A stretch of DNA of 37,842 bases, from NCBI RefSeq assembly GCF_006345805.1, contig NW_021835889.1, positions 1-37,842 of the forward strand, in the 5' to 3' direction. The notes beneath the pieces were generated by a model. That model did not search any database and was not told the DNA's origin. It saw only the letters and a program-made list of their open reading frames with translations. Positions 23,868 through 35,958 of this stretch are shown one piece after another. The position numbers and the translations under genes are program-made. This DNA comes from Octopus sinensis. Taxonomy: Eukaryota. Positions within the stretch are counted from its first letter, which is position 1, and each line of letters starts with the position of its first letter.

Positions 23868-24787
23868 ACAATAATTCTTTCTACTATAGGCACAAGGCCT
23901 GAAATTTGGGAGGAGGGGGCTAAGTCGATTAGATTGATCCCCTGTACACAACTGGTACTTATTTTATCGACCTTGAAAAGATTGAAAGGCAAAGCTGACC
24001 TCAGTGGTATTTGAACTTGGAATAATAACAATAATAATAGTTCTTTCTACTATAGACACAAGGCCTGAAATTTTGGCAGGATGGGGCTAGTTGATTGCAT
24101 TGACCCCCAGTGGTCAACTGGTATCCATTTCATCGTCCCAAAAAGATGAAAGGCAAAGTCGACTTTGGTGGAATTTGAACTCTGGATGTAAAAAACAGAT
24201 GAAATGCCAACAAGCATTCTGTCCAGCATCCTAATGGTTCTGCCAGCTTGCTGCCTTACAATGATAATGATTTCAGATTTTAGCACAAGGCCAGCAACTT
24301 TAAGTTGATTACATTGACCCCAGTATTTCACTGGTACTTTATTTTATCAACTCCTAAAGGATGAAAAGTAAAGACAAAACCAAAGAAATGTTACTGAGTA
24401 TTTTGTCCAACACACTAACGATACTGCCAACTCACTGCCTTAATAATAATAGTAATAATTATCTTTCCTACTACAGGAACAAAGCCTGGAATTTTGGGGT
24501 AGGGACTAGTCGATTACATTGACCCCAGTGTTTGACTGGGACTTATTTTATCGACTCTGGCGGAAATAATAACAATCGTTTCTACTAAGGGGTCAATGCA
24601 ATCAATTAGTCCCGTCCTGCTAAAAGTTGACCCTGGTGGAAATAATAATAATAATCCTTTCTACTATAGGCACAAGGCCTGAAATTTCGGGGGAAGGGGA
24701 CTAGTTGATTACATCGATTCTACTACTCAGCTAGTACTTAATTTATTGACCCCCGAAAGGAGGAAAAGTAAAGTTGACCTAGCGGAA
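23868..24787 (-). mobile_element. Stack of about five co-oriented family B' SINE copies separated by (AAT)n
   Basis: Repeated ttctactataggcacaaggcctgaaattt...gaccccag...ggtactt blocks at about 23870, 24040, 24280, 24465 and 24655. Confidence 0.85.
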
Positions 24788-25590
24788 ATAACAATAATTA
24801 TAACTGATACTATTATAGCTGGAATATTAGGGAGAAAGAATAATGTGATGTTGAGATATTCGAGATTTCCCTTTTTTTCTCCTTTCTACCTGTGCCTCAA
24901 GACAGGTTTCCCTTAAGAGACAAAGAAAAAATTGAAGCCAGGTTTGTTGTGGATGTCATTTCTGCTGGAAAATTACTGTTGAACCAACAGATCTACCTCA
25001 CTGATGATGACAATGATGATGATGACGACGACGATAATAATGATGATAATAATAATAATAATAATAATAAAAATAATAATAATAATAAAAGCATTCTGCA
25101 AGTAGATGAAAATCAGTCTCCATTCCACTCTTTTGAAACTGCCAGTTTATGCAAATTCTTTAGGAGTGAACCAGAAAAGTAATTTGAGAAAGATGAAGGT
25201 GTTTCTCCTTCTCCACCCACCCAAACAGGAGAAAAAACAAACAGAAAAAAAAAACACAGGAGACCAAAATTTGTCCCATTTCCCCGCCATTCCTTCTTCC
25301 ATTTGTATCAATGTGTAAAATTGGTAAAATTTCTAATATAACATGTAATCCTTCCGTGAATAGATAGATTCCTCCAGGTGTGGAATTGTGGATGCCAATA
25401 CGCAGGTGACAGCAAGAGTATGTGTTTGTTGTGTCCAATATATATGCATGTGCATGTATTGTAATTCATGGTGTGTGCATAAAAATGCACTGCATATGCA
25501 CATATGTTTATATATTCAAACATGCATATATACACTTGCAAACACACATGTATGTGCGCATCTCTGTATCATGTATATATATGTATGTGT

Positions 25591-25632
<42 letters not shown>

Positions 25633-25854
25633 TATATATATGTCTATATATATATATTTTATAAATATATATTTATGTTTCTGTATGTATATATAAATAT
25701 ATACGCACACACAAACATTGTAAAAAGTATATTACATTACATCTGATCTTAGAAGGCAGTTCCTCTACAAACAGCCGTTTCTGCTGCATCTGTAAAAGAA
25801 AGAAAATTCTTTGTTTCATTTATAAAGCTTGAATTAAAAACAATTAGCAAACTT

Positions 25855-26037
25855 ACATTAAATTTTGCCACAAGGGCAAACATTTTGGGGGATGGGACTA
25901 GTCGATTACATTGACCCCACTGTTTCACTGGTACTTAATTTATCGACCCCGAAAGCACGAAAAGCAAAGCTGACCATGGCAGAATTTGAACTAAGCATTT
26001 TGTCCAGTATGCTAACAATTCTGCCAGTTTAGCACCG
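25855..26037 (-). mobile_element. SINE family B'
   Basis: gactagtcgattacattgacccc...atttgaact...ctgccagttt. Confidence 0.8.
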
Positions 26038-26084
26038 TATTAATAAATATGATGATGAAATAACAATAATAATAATAATACTAA

Positions 26085-26645
26085 ATATGCCCTGATGCAG
26101 TACCAGGCAGTGGCTCTCATGGCTTCTGATCTTAACTGATTGGAAGTGTTATCATGTACATTGTTTTGTCTTGGTAAAAAGATGGGCTACAGCAATATTC
26201 TGCTCAATACCACAGATTTGCTTGTCAGTTGTTTGAACCATAACCAGTTGAGCATGTCCCTTAGTGGCTGACTATATATGCTTCTCTGATCATGAGCAGA
26301 AGTAGTGGGGGAGCATCTGTGTTGAGCATGTGTTGAGAGGGATTCTTTGGGGTTTGAATAATTCACTTCTGGAAACATGGGTGTTTCATTCAACATCCTT
26401 AAACAACCCTTATTCAGGAACCTTCGGAGCAGGATGGGTCACTTGACCAGAAGAAAATTCTAACTGGGCCCCACCTGCAAGGTCATGTGCTGTTTATTTT
26501 GATATAAGATCACCATGTCATGCACATATGGTTGTGATGCATGTGCCTAGTGTACCCTTATCAGACGGGTAGTCATGATGGGTATACTGGGCTTCGTATA
26601 TTTTACCCCAGGGTCACTTTGACGGCATGCACTGCTCTCTCACTC
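26085..26645 (+). mobile_element. ~560-bp retroposon with (AAT)n tail (family E)
   Basis: Ends in ctctctcactc followed by (aat)n; its first ~140 bp recur at 27399-27540. Class uncertain (LINE 3' end or non-autonomous element). Confidence 0.65.
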
Positions 26646-26693
<48 letters not shown>

Positions 26694-27380
26694 CATCCTT
26701 TCTACTATAGACATAACACCTGAAATTTGTGGGGAGGAGTAAGTCAATCACTCGATCACATCGCCCCAGTGTTCAACTGATACTTATTTCATTGGCCCCG
26801 CGAAGATGAAAGTCAACCTCAGTGGAATTTGAAATCAGAACATTAAGACAGATGAAATACCACTAAGCATTTTGCCTGGTGTGCTAACAATTCTGACAGC
26901 GCTCTCACCACCTTAAATAATAATAATGGTTTCAAATTTTTAGCATAGGGCCAGCAAGTTTGGGGGAGAGACAGAGAGCTAAGTGGATTAGATTGACCCC
27001 AATGTACAACTGGTACTTATTTTATTGACCCTGAAAGGATGAAATGCAAAGTTGACATTGGCTGAATTTGAACTCAGAATTTAAAAACAGACGAAATTCC
27101 ACTAACCATTCCAACTGATGTGTTAAGGATTCTGCCAGCTCACTACTTTATAAATAGTAATAATAATAATGATTTCAAATTTTGGCCCAAGGCCAGCAAT
27201 TTCAGGAGAGAGTATAAGTCAATTACATCGACCCCAATACTCTACTTGTACTTACTTTATCAACTCCAAAAGAATGACAAAGTTGACCTTGGCAGAATTT
27301 GAACTCAGAATGTGAAGATGGAAGAAATGCCACTAAGCATTATTGCCCAACGTTCTCACAATTCTGCTGGCTTGCTGCCA
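26694..27380 (-). mobile_element. Three co-oriented family B' SINE copies separated by (AAT)n
   Basis: Copies at about 26694-26915, 26926-27146 and 27172-27380. Confidence 0.82.
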
Positions 27381-27398
27381 TAATAATAATAATAATAA

Positions 27399-27540
27399 AC
27401 CAGGCAGTGGCTCTCATGGCTTGTCATCTTAACCGATTGGAAGTGTTATCATGTACATTGTTTTGTCTTGGTATAAAAGATGGGCTACAGCAAATATTCT
27501 ACTCAATACCACATATTTGCTTGTCAGTTGTTTGACCTTA
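27399..27540 (+). mobile_element. Family E fragment
   Basis: Near-identical to 26102-26245. Confidence 0.75.
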
Positions 27541-27662
27541 ACTAGCTCCCCTTCTTTCAACTTCTCCTATAAAACCGTTTTTTTCCCCCAGCCAGTTGCC
27601 ATGCTTAGTCGCTAAATTCACAAGTTTTTTTTCTTTCTCTCTCTGTTTATTTTCTCTTATTC

Positions 27663-27765
27663 CTTTCTGTTGAAGAGCAAAGGCTCGAAACATAAAATAC
27701 TTTCTCACTTTCCAGAGTGTCAAGCTAATACCCCTGCTTGTTCTTCATACACCTATCTCCATCTA
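27663..27765 (+). mobile_element. Penelope-like repeat relic with degenerate minimal hammerhead motif
   Basis: cttt-CTGTTGA-a-gagc-aaag-gctc-GAAA-ca-ta-aaat followed by ...tttccagagtgtcaagctaatacccctgcttgtt, homologous to 1275, 3903 and 21311. Confidence 0.5.
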
Positions 27766-27856
27766 TATTAGAAGGCACTTGCCCAAGGTGCCGCTCAGTG
27801 TGACTGAACTTGGATCCCTATGGTTGGGAAGCAAGCTTCTTACCACACAGCCATAC
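27766..27856 (-). mobile_element. SINE family A head fragment
   Basis: gcacttgcccaaggtgcc...cttaccacacagccat. Confidence 0.7.
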
Positions 27857-28271
27857 ATTTTGAACATTAAAACTGACGGTTCTTATCTGTTTATTTGAAT
27901 CCTTGACTGTCTGCCTGTCTCCTTATACATACTATACAATGAGCTTTCTTACAATTCCCGTAAACCAAATTCTACATTAGGGAGAGCATCTTGATAATAA
28001 GGGCACTTAGCTATAGGGCATCTTGATAATAAGGGCATCTGGTCATAGCCAAAGATGACAAACTTTTACAGCTCACTGGATTCTATCACACTGTGCAACA
28101 AATGTCAGGAAGGAGAACAGGGTGTTAAATGATAATGATGATGATGATGAAAGTGTTAGGCTGAACAAGGCTTTAGTCAACGACACTTGTCTGAGATTTC
28201 TTACAATGGAAATGAACCTAAAGCCATGCGGTTGTAACTGTAACGTGAACTCTGTAACTATCCAGTTAGGC

Positions 28272-28324
<53 letters not shown>

Positions 28325-28803
28325 ACAGTATATGAAGGTCATAGCTCAAAAACAATCTCAAAACACCATCAATGGATTTAAGAAACATCTCGACCTAGTA
28401 ACGACATATTTGTGCGACACTAAGAGAATTTAAAGAATAAAGATATGCACACACACACACACACACACACAGAGTCACACTCACATGCATGTTGATATAT
28501 ACATACATCCAATTTTAGATTACTACTACCACTACTACTACCACTACCACTACTACTACTACTACTAGTTTCATTGATGTAGCAGAAACCTAATTCTTCT
28601 TCTTTGTTGTTGTTACCATTGCCACCACCACCACCACCACCACCACCACCACCACCAAAAACCACAACACCACTGTCATCATCATCAGCATGAACATATG
28701 TAAAGGCACAATGTGCTTCATTAAACCAATGGTTTATTAGGGTCGTTAATAAAGGAAACAGAAATATTGGAAATGAAAGAAGTCATTTCCCCGAAACACC
28801 TTT

Positions 28804-28846
28804 AACAAACAAACAAACAAACAAACAAACAAACAAACAAACAAAC
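28804..28846 (-). repeat. (TTTG)n, about 11 units, just downstream of the KLF stop
   Basis: (aaac)n on the plus strand. Confidence 0.95.
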
Positions 28847-28874
28847 AAAAAAGCACAAAAACCCCACAGACGTA

Positions 28875-28880
28875 TTTATT
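28875..28880 (-). terminator. Candidate KLF polyadenylation signal (AATAAA)
   Basis: AATAAA about 50 nt after the stop, followed 15-30 nt later by ggggttttgtgctttttt and a (TTTG)n tract, matching PAS plus downstream GU/U-rich element. Use not provable from DNA. Confidence 0.5.
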
Positions 28881-28931
28881 CGCATGCGCATGAAATCGTT
28901 ATTATTGTTGTTATATTATATTCACCTTTAA

Positions 28932-29126
<195 letters not shown>

Positions 29127-29151
29127 TTAGAGTCTTAAGAAATCGCATCAA

Positions 29152-29198
<47 letters not shown>

Positions 29199-29500
29199 TG
29201 CTTGAAAAATATTTTTCTTTCTTTCTTTATCAGATATTACAAAATGAAGAAACGAATGTTGTAATTTTTATTCCTGTTAATTAGCTGTAAACAATTTTCT
29301 TTAATTAACTCTATTTGAAAACTGATCAAATAAATTAAAAAAAAAATTTTTTTTTGCCTTAAAAGAACATCAGAATATTGTGTGTAAGAGAAAAGCAAGA
29401 GAGGACAAAAAAAATTTTAATTTATACTGTTAGGTAAATACGAAAAGTGCTTATCTCCACACTCACACACAACCTTTGGTAAATACACACACAGCCATCA

Positions 29501-29531
<31 letters not shown>

Positions 29532-29681
29532 TATTAACACACAACTCTAAGAAATGATGCATATGCACACAAACGGCAAACATGCGGCTTGTTTAGGATA
29601 CAATGGCAGAAAACTAAATCCACCCACAATGAAGAAAGTGATTATAATTTTAAAATTCTTTATTTAAAAAAATTTAAAGTT

Positions 29682-30077
29682 TACTCTTTTACTTGCTTCA
29701 GTCATTTGACTGCGGCCATGCTGGAGCACCGCCTTCTAGTCGAGTAAATCGACCCCAGGACTTATTCTTTGTAAGCCTAGTACTTATTCTATCAGTCTCT
29801 TTTACTGAACTGCTAAGTTACGGGGATGTAAACACACCAGCATCGGTTGTCAAGCAATGGTGGGGGGACAAACACAGACACACAAACATATACATACATA
29901 CACATATATATACATACATACGACGGGCTTCTTCCAGTTTCCGTCTACCAAATCCACTCACAAGGCTTTGGTCGGCCCGAGGCTATAGTAGAAGACACTT
30001 GCCTAAGGTGCCACGCAGTGGGACTGAACCCGGAACCATGTGGTTGGTAAGCAAGCTACTTACCACACAGCCACTCC
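29682..30077 (-). mobile_element. SINE family A, little diverged, in KLF intron
   Basis: Reverse-complement full-length copy retaining many CpGs. Confidence 0.9.
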
Positions 30078-30297
30078 AGTTTCCAAAATAATGTAAATTA
30101 AAAACGAGCTTCATCCTCACACCGTCCAGCTGTGCTCGTGAGCAGAAGACATAGGACTGCTCGTCTCAGTTTACTTGGCTGATAACACGGTAGGTTATTG
30201 AATCCAACCACGAGAGAAAAAAAAAAGTGTGTGTGCGTGTGTGTGGAAGGGGGGGGGGTACTGATAATTTCCATTGCTGCATTTTGTTCTCAACCAT

Positions 30298-30545
30298 ACA
30301 GGTATAGCTGTATGGTGAGAACTTTGCTTCCCAACCACATGGTTTCAAGTTAAGTCTCACTGCCCAGTACCTTGGGCAAGTGTCTTCTACCAAAGCCCTA
30401 GGCCAACAATAAGCCTTGGGCGGATTTGGTAGATTGAAATCTAAGAGAAACCTATCATATGCGCGCGTATCCCCCCCCCCCGCCCCACTGCCATTTGACA
30501 ACCAGTGTTGGTTTGTTTACATCTCTACCTTAGCAGCTCAGCAGA
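30298..30545 (+). mobile_element. SINE family A, diverged, in KLF intron
   Basis: aaccacatggtttcaagttaagtctcactgcccagtaccttgggcaagtgtcttctac. Confidence 0.72.
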
Positions 30546-30689
30546 GAGATCTATAAAAAAAAAAATATATATATATATACACTAACAGAATGTCCAATGA
30601 GATGTACTCAAGAAGAAGACTTGTCCATCACAGCAGAATTGTTAATGCTCCCCCTTGTGGCTGAAGAGTGGGGCTTTTTTTTTACCTTG

Positions 30690-30980
30690 CAAGAGACCTG
30701 TGCTGAAGCCACGTAAGAAGTGCCCGTGGTCATGTAACAAAGAACCTTTGCCATTGTCACATAAGAAGTGACCTGTGCTAGTGTAAAAGACACCCATGCC
30801 GGTGCCACATAAATAGCACACATGCTGGCACTATGCAAAAAGCACCCAGCACATTCTGTAAAGTGGTTGGCATAAGGAAGGACATCCAGCTGTAGAAACC
30901 AAGGCTAATCCCTAGCTTGCCAGCTCTGGTCAAACTGTACAAGACTTGGTAGCATGGAAGACGGGCATTAGACGATGATA
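30690..30980 (+). mobile_element. Family D copy in KLF intron
   Basis: gtggttggcataaggaaggacatccagctgtagaaacc...gcatggaagacgggcattagacgatgataatgatg. Confidence 0.7.
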
Positions 30981-32787
30981 ATGATGACAACGAATTTCAC
31001 CAGAGTGGGAGAAAGTTACACAAAGATTATGATAACTGCTCCTCCATCTTCCTGTACCTCAATACAATTCTGCCACCCATCCACCCACCAAAAAAAAAAA
31101 AAAAAAAGCCAGAACATCTCTTTTACTGTAATTGTAAGGATTTCTAAGAATTCCAAAATGAATGGTACGAGAAAGCAACGGAAACAAAGTATTTAATGCT
31201 TTTTTTTTATATTTAAAAGTGTTTTAATGATGGAAAAGACATGTAATTTTCCGGCAAAGTATACAACAATCACAAAATAATTTAATAATATCAGAATATT
31301 TCAATGATAATGATGATGATGAGGATAATGATGATAGATCTGAAATACTCCAAGGAGTCCCCAGTTAGAAAAGAGCCTGTTGGTAGGTGGAAAAGCCAGA
31401 GAAAGTAGTTTAGTAAATATTTATACCTGGAATTATTTATGAGAGAATGGCAACTTGTTTACTTAAGAGACCATATTTGGAGATAAGGCAAACTGGCACA
31501 AGATCTTTCACACTGAATGAGGAAATGAGGAAGAAAGAAAAAAAATTGAGACAGAGCGGGGAGGGGGAATAAGGAAAGTGAATGAGGGGGGAGTCTGAGA
31601 GGAAGGGAATAATGAAGTAGAAAGAGTTGAAAAAAAAAGGAACACAAGTAGATAAGCAAATGTAGATAGACAGGTGAATAATGGGAGAGACTGAGAGAGG
31701 GGGAAAGAGAGAGAGAGAGAGAGAGGGTGGCGGTGGGTTTACAAGACACTCAAAGTTGGTTCTGCCGAAATTTGACTTGATTTACTAAACAAGTCTGAGA
31801 GAGTGAGAAAATGGTGTAAGTTTTAAATTATTACTTAGACTGAGAATGGCGGTAGAGTGGGGGAAGGGTAAAAGGAAGAGGCCATAGTTTTTGCAGGACT
31901 CACCTGACAGGTGAGATCAATGGACCTGATGTTTTTAGCAAACACTGACACTGACGCCCATCTAAGACACCCACCCTTCACACACAATGTCCAGTTTGTC
32001 AGGCGAGATTCTTTAAAAGTACTATATATTTAACTCTTTCATCTCTATATGCACACAGATATGTGTGTGCGCATGTGTGTATACAGGTGGCATAGCTTCC
32101 TCTGATGCTATGGGCATCTAGTGGGAGGTGTGTGCCCTTAACATTTTCTGCCATTTAAATATCTTTTTGCATGTTTCATTTCAAATGTTTATATAATTTT
32201 CCATTTGACTTGCGTACAAGTTCTGTTTATATCCTCACACAACCTATTTCCTTCCACATCCCCTTTGCTGACTTGCTTCTCTTCGTTCTTTTCCTTTTCT
32301 CTTCAAACTCTTTATGAAGTTTCTCTCTCCCTGTCTACATATGCTAGCTGATGTTGTCTTTAGTTGCCCCTCAGTAGCAGCCAATTTCTCAGACATAGAT
32401 GACGCAAAACACTGCTGTCAAATTTACTCAGAAGAAGGACTCTGTAGGAAATATTCAATTTTCCACTCTTCATGGAAATTTCCCTGTATTCTTTCTGTTA
32501 ATATCTCTATATAATACAAATTCTTGCTAACATAGACTACAAACCAGCCTCTTTTGTATTCAGTTTTGTCTTACATCCACACACAAACATATACATATTA
32601 CATACATGTGCCTATATATACATACATAAACATATATATAAGGAAGGGCATCCAGCTGTAAAAGCCATGCCAAATCAGACTTGAACCTGGTACAGCTCTC
32701 TCTGGCTTACCAGTTCCAGCCAAACCATCTAACCCATGCCAGTATGGAAAGCAGATGTTAAATGATGATGTGTTATATATATATATA

Positions 32788-32828
<41 letters not shown>

Positions 32829-32987
32829 TTTTTATATATAATATTATATATATAATAATATATATTATATATGTATGATGTTTTTATATATTATCACACA
32901 TTAACTTGTGTAGGTTGAATTTTGCCCAAAATGTAAGAGAAAGAAACCGCTCTTTCATGCACTACATACCAATACATACATCTAAAG

Positions 32988-33469
32988 CAGGGTTCTGAAC
33001 CATTTTTTGTCTAGGAACCCCTTTCATTACTATTTTATTCTAGTGGACCCTCACTAGAAAAAGAAACCTAAGTGTTTCTTGCAATACATACCAATACATA
33101 TTTCTTTACTACCCACAAGGGGCTAAACACAGAGGGGATGAACAAGGACAGACACACAGATTAAGTCAATTATATCGACCCCAGTGCGTAACTGGTACTT
33201 ATTTAATCGACCCTGAAAGGATGAAAAGCAAAGTCGACCTCGGTGGAATTTGAACTCACAACGTAACGGCAGACAAAATACAGCAAAGCATTTTGCCTGG
33301 CGTGCTAACGTTTCTGCCAGCTCGCTGCCTTTATACATACCGATACATACATCTAAAGTAAGGTTCTTTTCAGGGGTCCTTAAAATACTATTGTGGATCC
33401 CCAATTTACTATTTTGCAGTGTGGACCCCACCAAAAAAATATTAGACGAACTCCAGTTAAGAACCATTG
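32988..33469. mobile_element. Possible hAT/Charlie-type MITE relic interrupted by a SINE
   Basis: Ends cagggttctgaacc and agttaagaaccattg resemble CAG(T/G)GGTTCTCAACC-type TIRs; degenerate and partly duplicated. Confidence 0.4.
33101..33331 (-). mobile_element. SINE family B in KLF intron
   Basis: Reverse homologue; TSD atacatacc(a/g)atacata (33084-33100, 33333-33349). Confidence 0.9.
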
Positions 33470-34261
33470 GACTAAACCCTTCAAAGTGGTACCCAGCAGT
33501 CAAAAACCAAAAAAATCAGGGTGTGTCCACTGCTGTACACTGCAGCATATGTGGAACCATATGTGAGCTACACGCAGAAGGGGAATCAATTAAGCCAACC
33601 TCAGAAACTATGAACAAAATAATGTGGAAATATTTAGTAGTAGTTGTAAGTGCATTGCTAGAAAAACAAGTTTGCAAGCTACTGTTGTAATTAGACCAGA
33701 AACAATTAGCGAAATTCAGTGCAATGAGCTACCGGGCCAACTTGTCATTTTCTCTTTTCACAGTAGCTGATTACCACTATGACTTGTTCTCCTACAAAGA
33801 GAGTGATATCATTTACAGCTAGATGGCCTTGGCAATCTGAGTCAAATGTCATCTCTACAGATACAAAGGCAATGACGACACTACCTGAATATGACTGCTG
33901 ACTTCTAATTTTCCAGCTCAAAAACTGTGTGGAAGACTATTCCACTTATGTACATATAACTGTTTTAATGTCGGCTTTTCTATGCTGAATGAGTAAGGCA
34001 AGAGTTCATGGAAATAAAATTTTTTGATACAACTTTATTTTGCTAAATTATTCTTGAGAACATTTCTTAGTAGTAAGACCATAGCGGATCTATTTCTAGC
34101 ATAAGGGTGTCCACATAGTGGTTTCCCGCTAATATGTATTTAATACAATTTTACTGAACCTTCAGTTTTATTTATATGCTAGACCACTGGTGTGAAATCG
34201 ATGTTAATTAAATTAATATCTAATTTCTCACCCTCATTTTAAAATTAAATTTATATATATA

Positions 34262-34659
34262 TATTCTTCTACTTGTTTCAGTCATTTGACTGCAGCCATG
34301 CTGGAGTGCTGACTTTAGTTGAACAAATCGACCCCAGGACTTATTCTTTGTAAGCCTAGTACTTATTCTATTGGTCTCCTTTTGCCGAAATGCTAAGTTA
34401 CAGGGATGTAAACACACCAACATCAGTTGTCAAGCAATGGTGGAGGGACAAATACTGACACACAGATATACACACATGCATACATATATATATATATATA
34501 TGCAAACACACACATACGTACATATATATACATACATACATATATATACATACACATACATATATATACATACATACATTTATATACATTATCATACTTA
34601 TACATAATACATATATATACACACATACATATACACACATACATATAATACATATATAT

Positions 34660-34708
<49 letters not shown>

Positions 34709-34850
34709 TATACATACATACATATACATATATGTATACAACAGGCTTTAGTCGGCCCAAGGTTATAGTAGAGAGACCCTTGCCCAAGTGTCATGCGGTG
34801 GGACTGAACCCAGAACCATGTGGCAAGCTTCTTGCCACAGCCACTCCTGC
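34262..34850 (-). mobile_element. SINE family A with expanded internal (TA/CA) microsatellite
   Basis: Tail at 34262-34460, head at 34740-34850, microsatellite between. Confidence 0.82.
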
Positions 34851-35267
34851 ACCTACACACACACACACACTGACACCGTTTTCACATTTGGTGCTAGCTT
34901 TTCAACCAAGCGCTGCGAAATGAGCTAAGTCTTTAACCCTAGCTATATAGTGAGACCTGCTGATTAGAATTAAGTAGAGGTATGCTCTCAAAACTTGAAA
35001 TCAATTGATCCAGGAATATCTGTTTCCTCATTCTGTGGCTTTCTGCCAAGTTGGTAAGTTAATTTCTTTGCTTGTAGCCTGATTTCAGTTGTGCTTGTTA
35101 TATTCCCAGTGATTGGTGGCTTTTTTTAGAGGATTTTTCAACTCTGATTTTCACAGCAATGCTGGCATCTGATGTGCCCTATTATAATTATAAATTAATT
35201 TGGATTTGCCATTTATCGGCTTTTGCTTACTGGCCACTTAGATTATTGTTGTTGTTATTGATTTCAA

Positions 35268-35600
35268 AGGTGCATGGCTCAGTTGTTAGAGCATCGAGCT
35301 TACGATCATGAGGTCATGAGTTCAATTCTCAGACCTGGCTGCATGTTGTGTTCCTGAGCAAGACACTTTATTTCACATTGCTCCAGTCCACTCAGCTGTA
35401 GAAATGAGTTGCGACATCACTGGTGCCAAGCTGTATCGACCCCTTTGCCTTTCCCTTGGATAACACAGGTAGTGTGGAGAGGGAAGGATGGTATGCATGG
35501 GCAACTACTGGTCTTCCATAAACAATTTTTCCTGGGCTTGTGTCTTGGAGAGGAACTTTCTAGGTGCAATCCCATGGTCAGTCATGACCCAAGGAGGTCA
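35268..35600 (+). mobile_element. SINE family C (tRNA-like head, V-SINE-like central box)
   Basis: ggtgcatggctcagttgttagagcatcg...gagttcaattc head, then tgtgttcctgagcaagacactttatttcac...ccactcagctg. Confidence 0.8.
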
Positions 35601-35753
35601 CTCCTATTATTCATTTTTCTAATGATTATAATTAATAATAATATCTATATAAATATTTTCGAATATCTATTCATTTAGTAACACACACACACACATATAT
35701 ATATATACATATATTTATATACTTATATTCCAGATGGAATATACCTTAAAATA

Positions 35754-35958
<205 letters not shown>

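Noticed and set aside
24892-25182. 96-aa ORF MPQDRFPLRDKEKIEARF...
   Set aside because: Half is (GAT)/(AAT) repeat; no known motif.
28345-28395. SQNTINGFKKHLD, resembling a CR1/L2 ORF2 C-terminal motif
   Set aside because: Too short, with no upstream WNxLP motif or tail.
28880-28891. NRF1-like cgcatgcgca next to the poly(A) signal
   Set aside because: Imperfect match, not in a promoter context.
33600-33800. VIRPETI-like peptide suggesting a Merlin/ISXO2 relic
   Set aside because: No catalytic motifs or TIRs; similarity is at chance level.
35272-35340. tRNA-like sequences at SINE heads
   Set aside because: No complete cloverleaf; they continue directly into SINE bodies.
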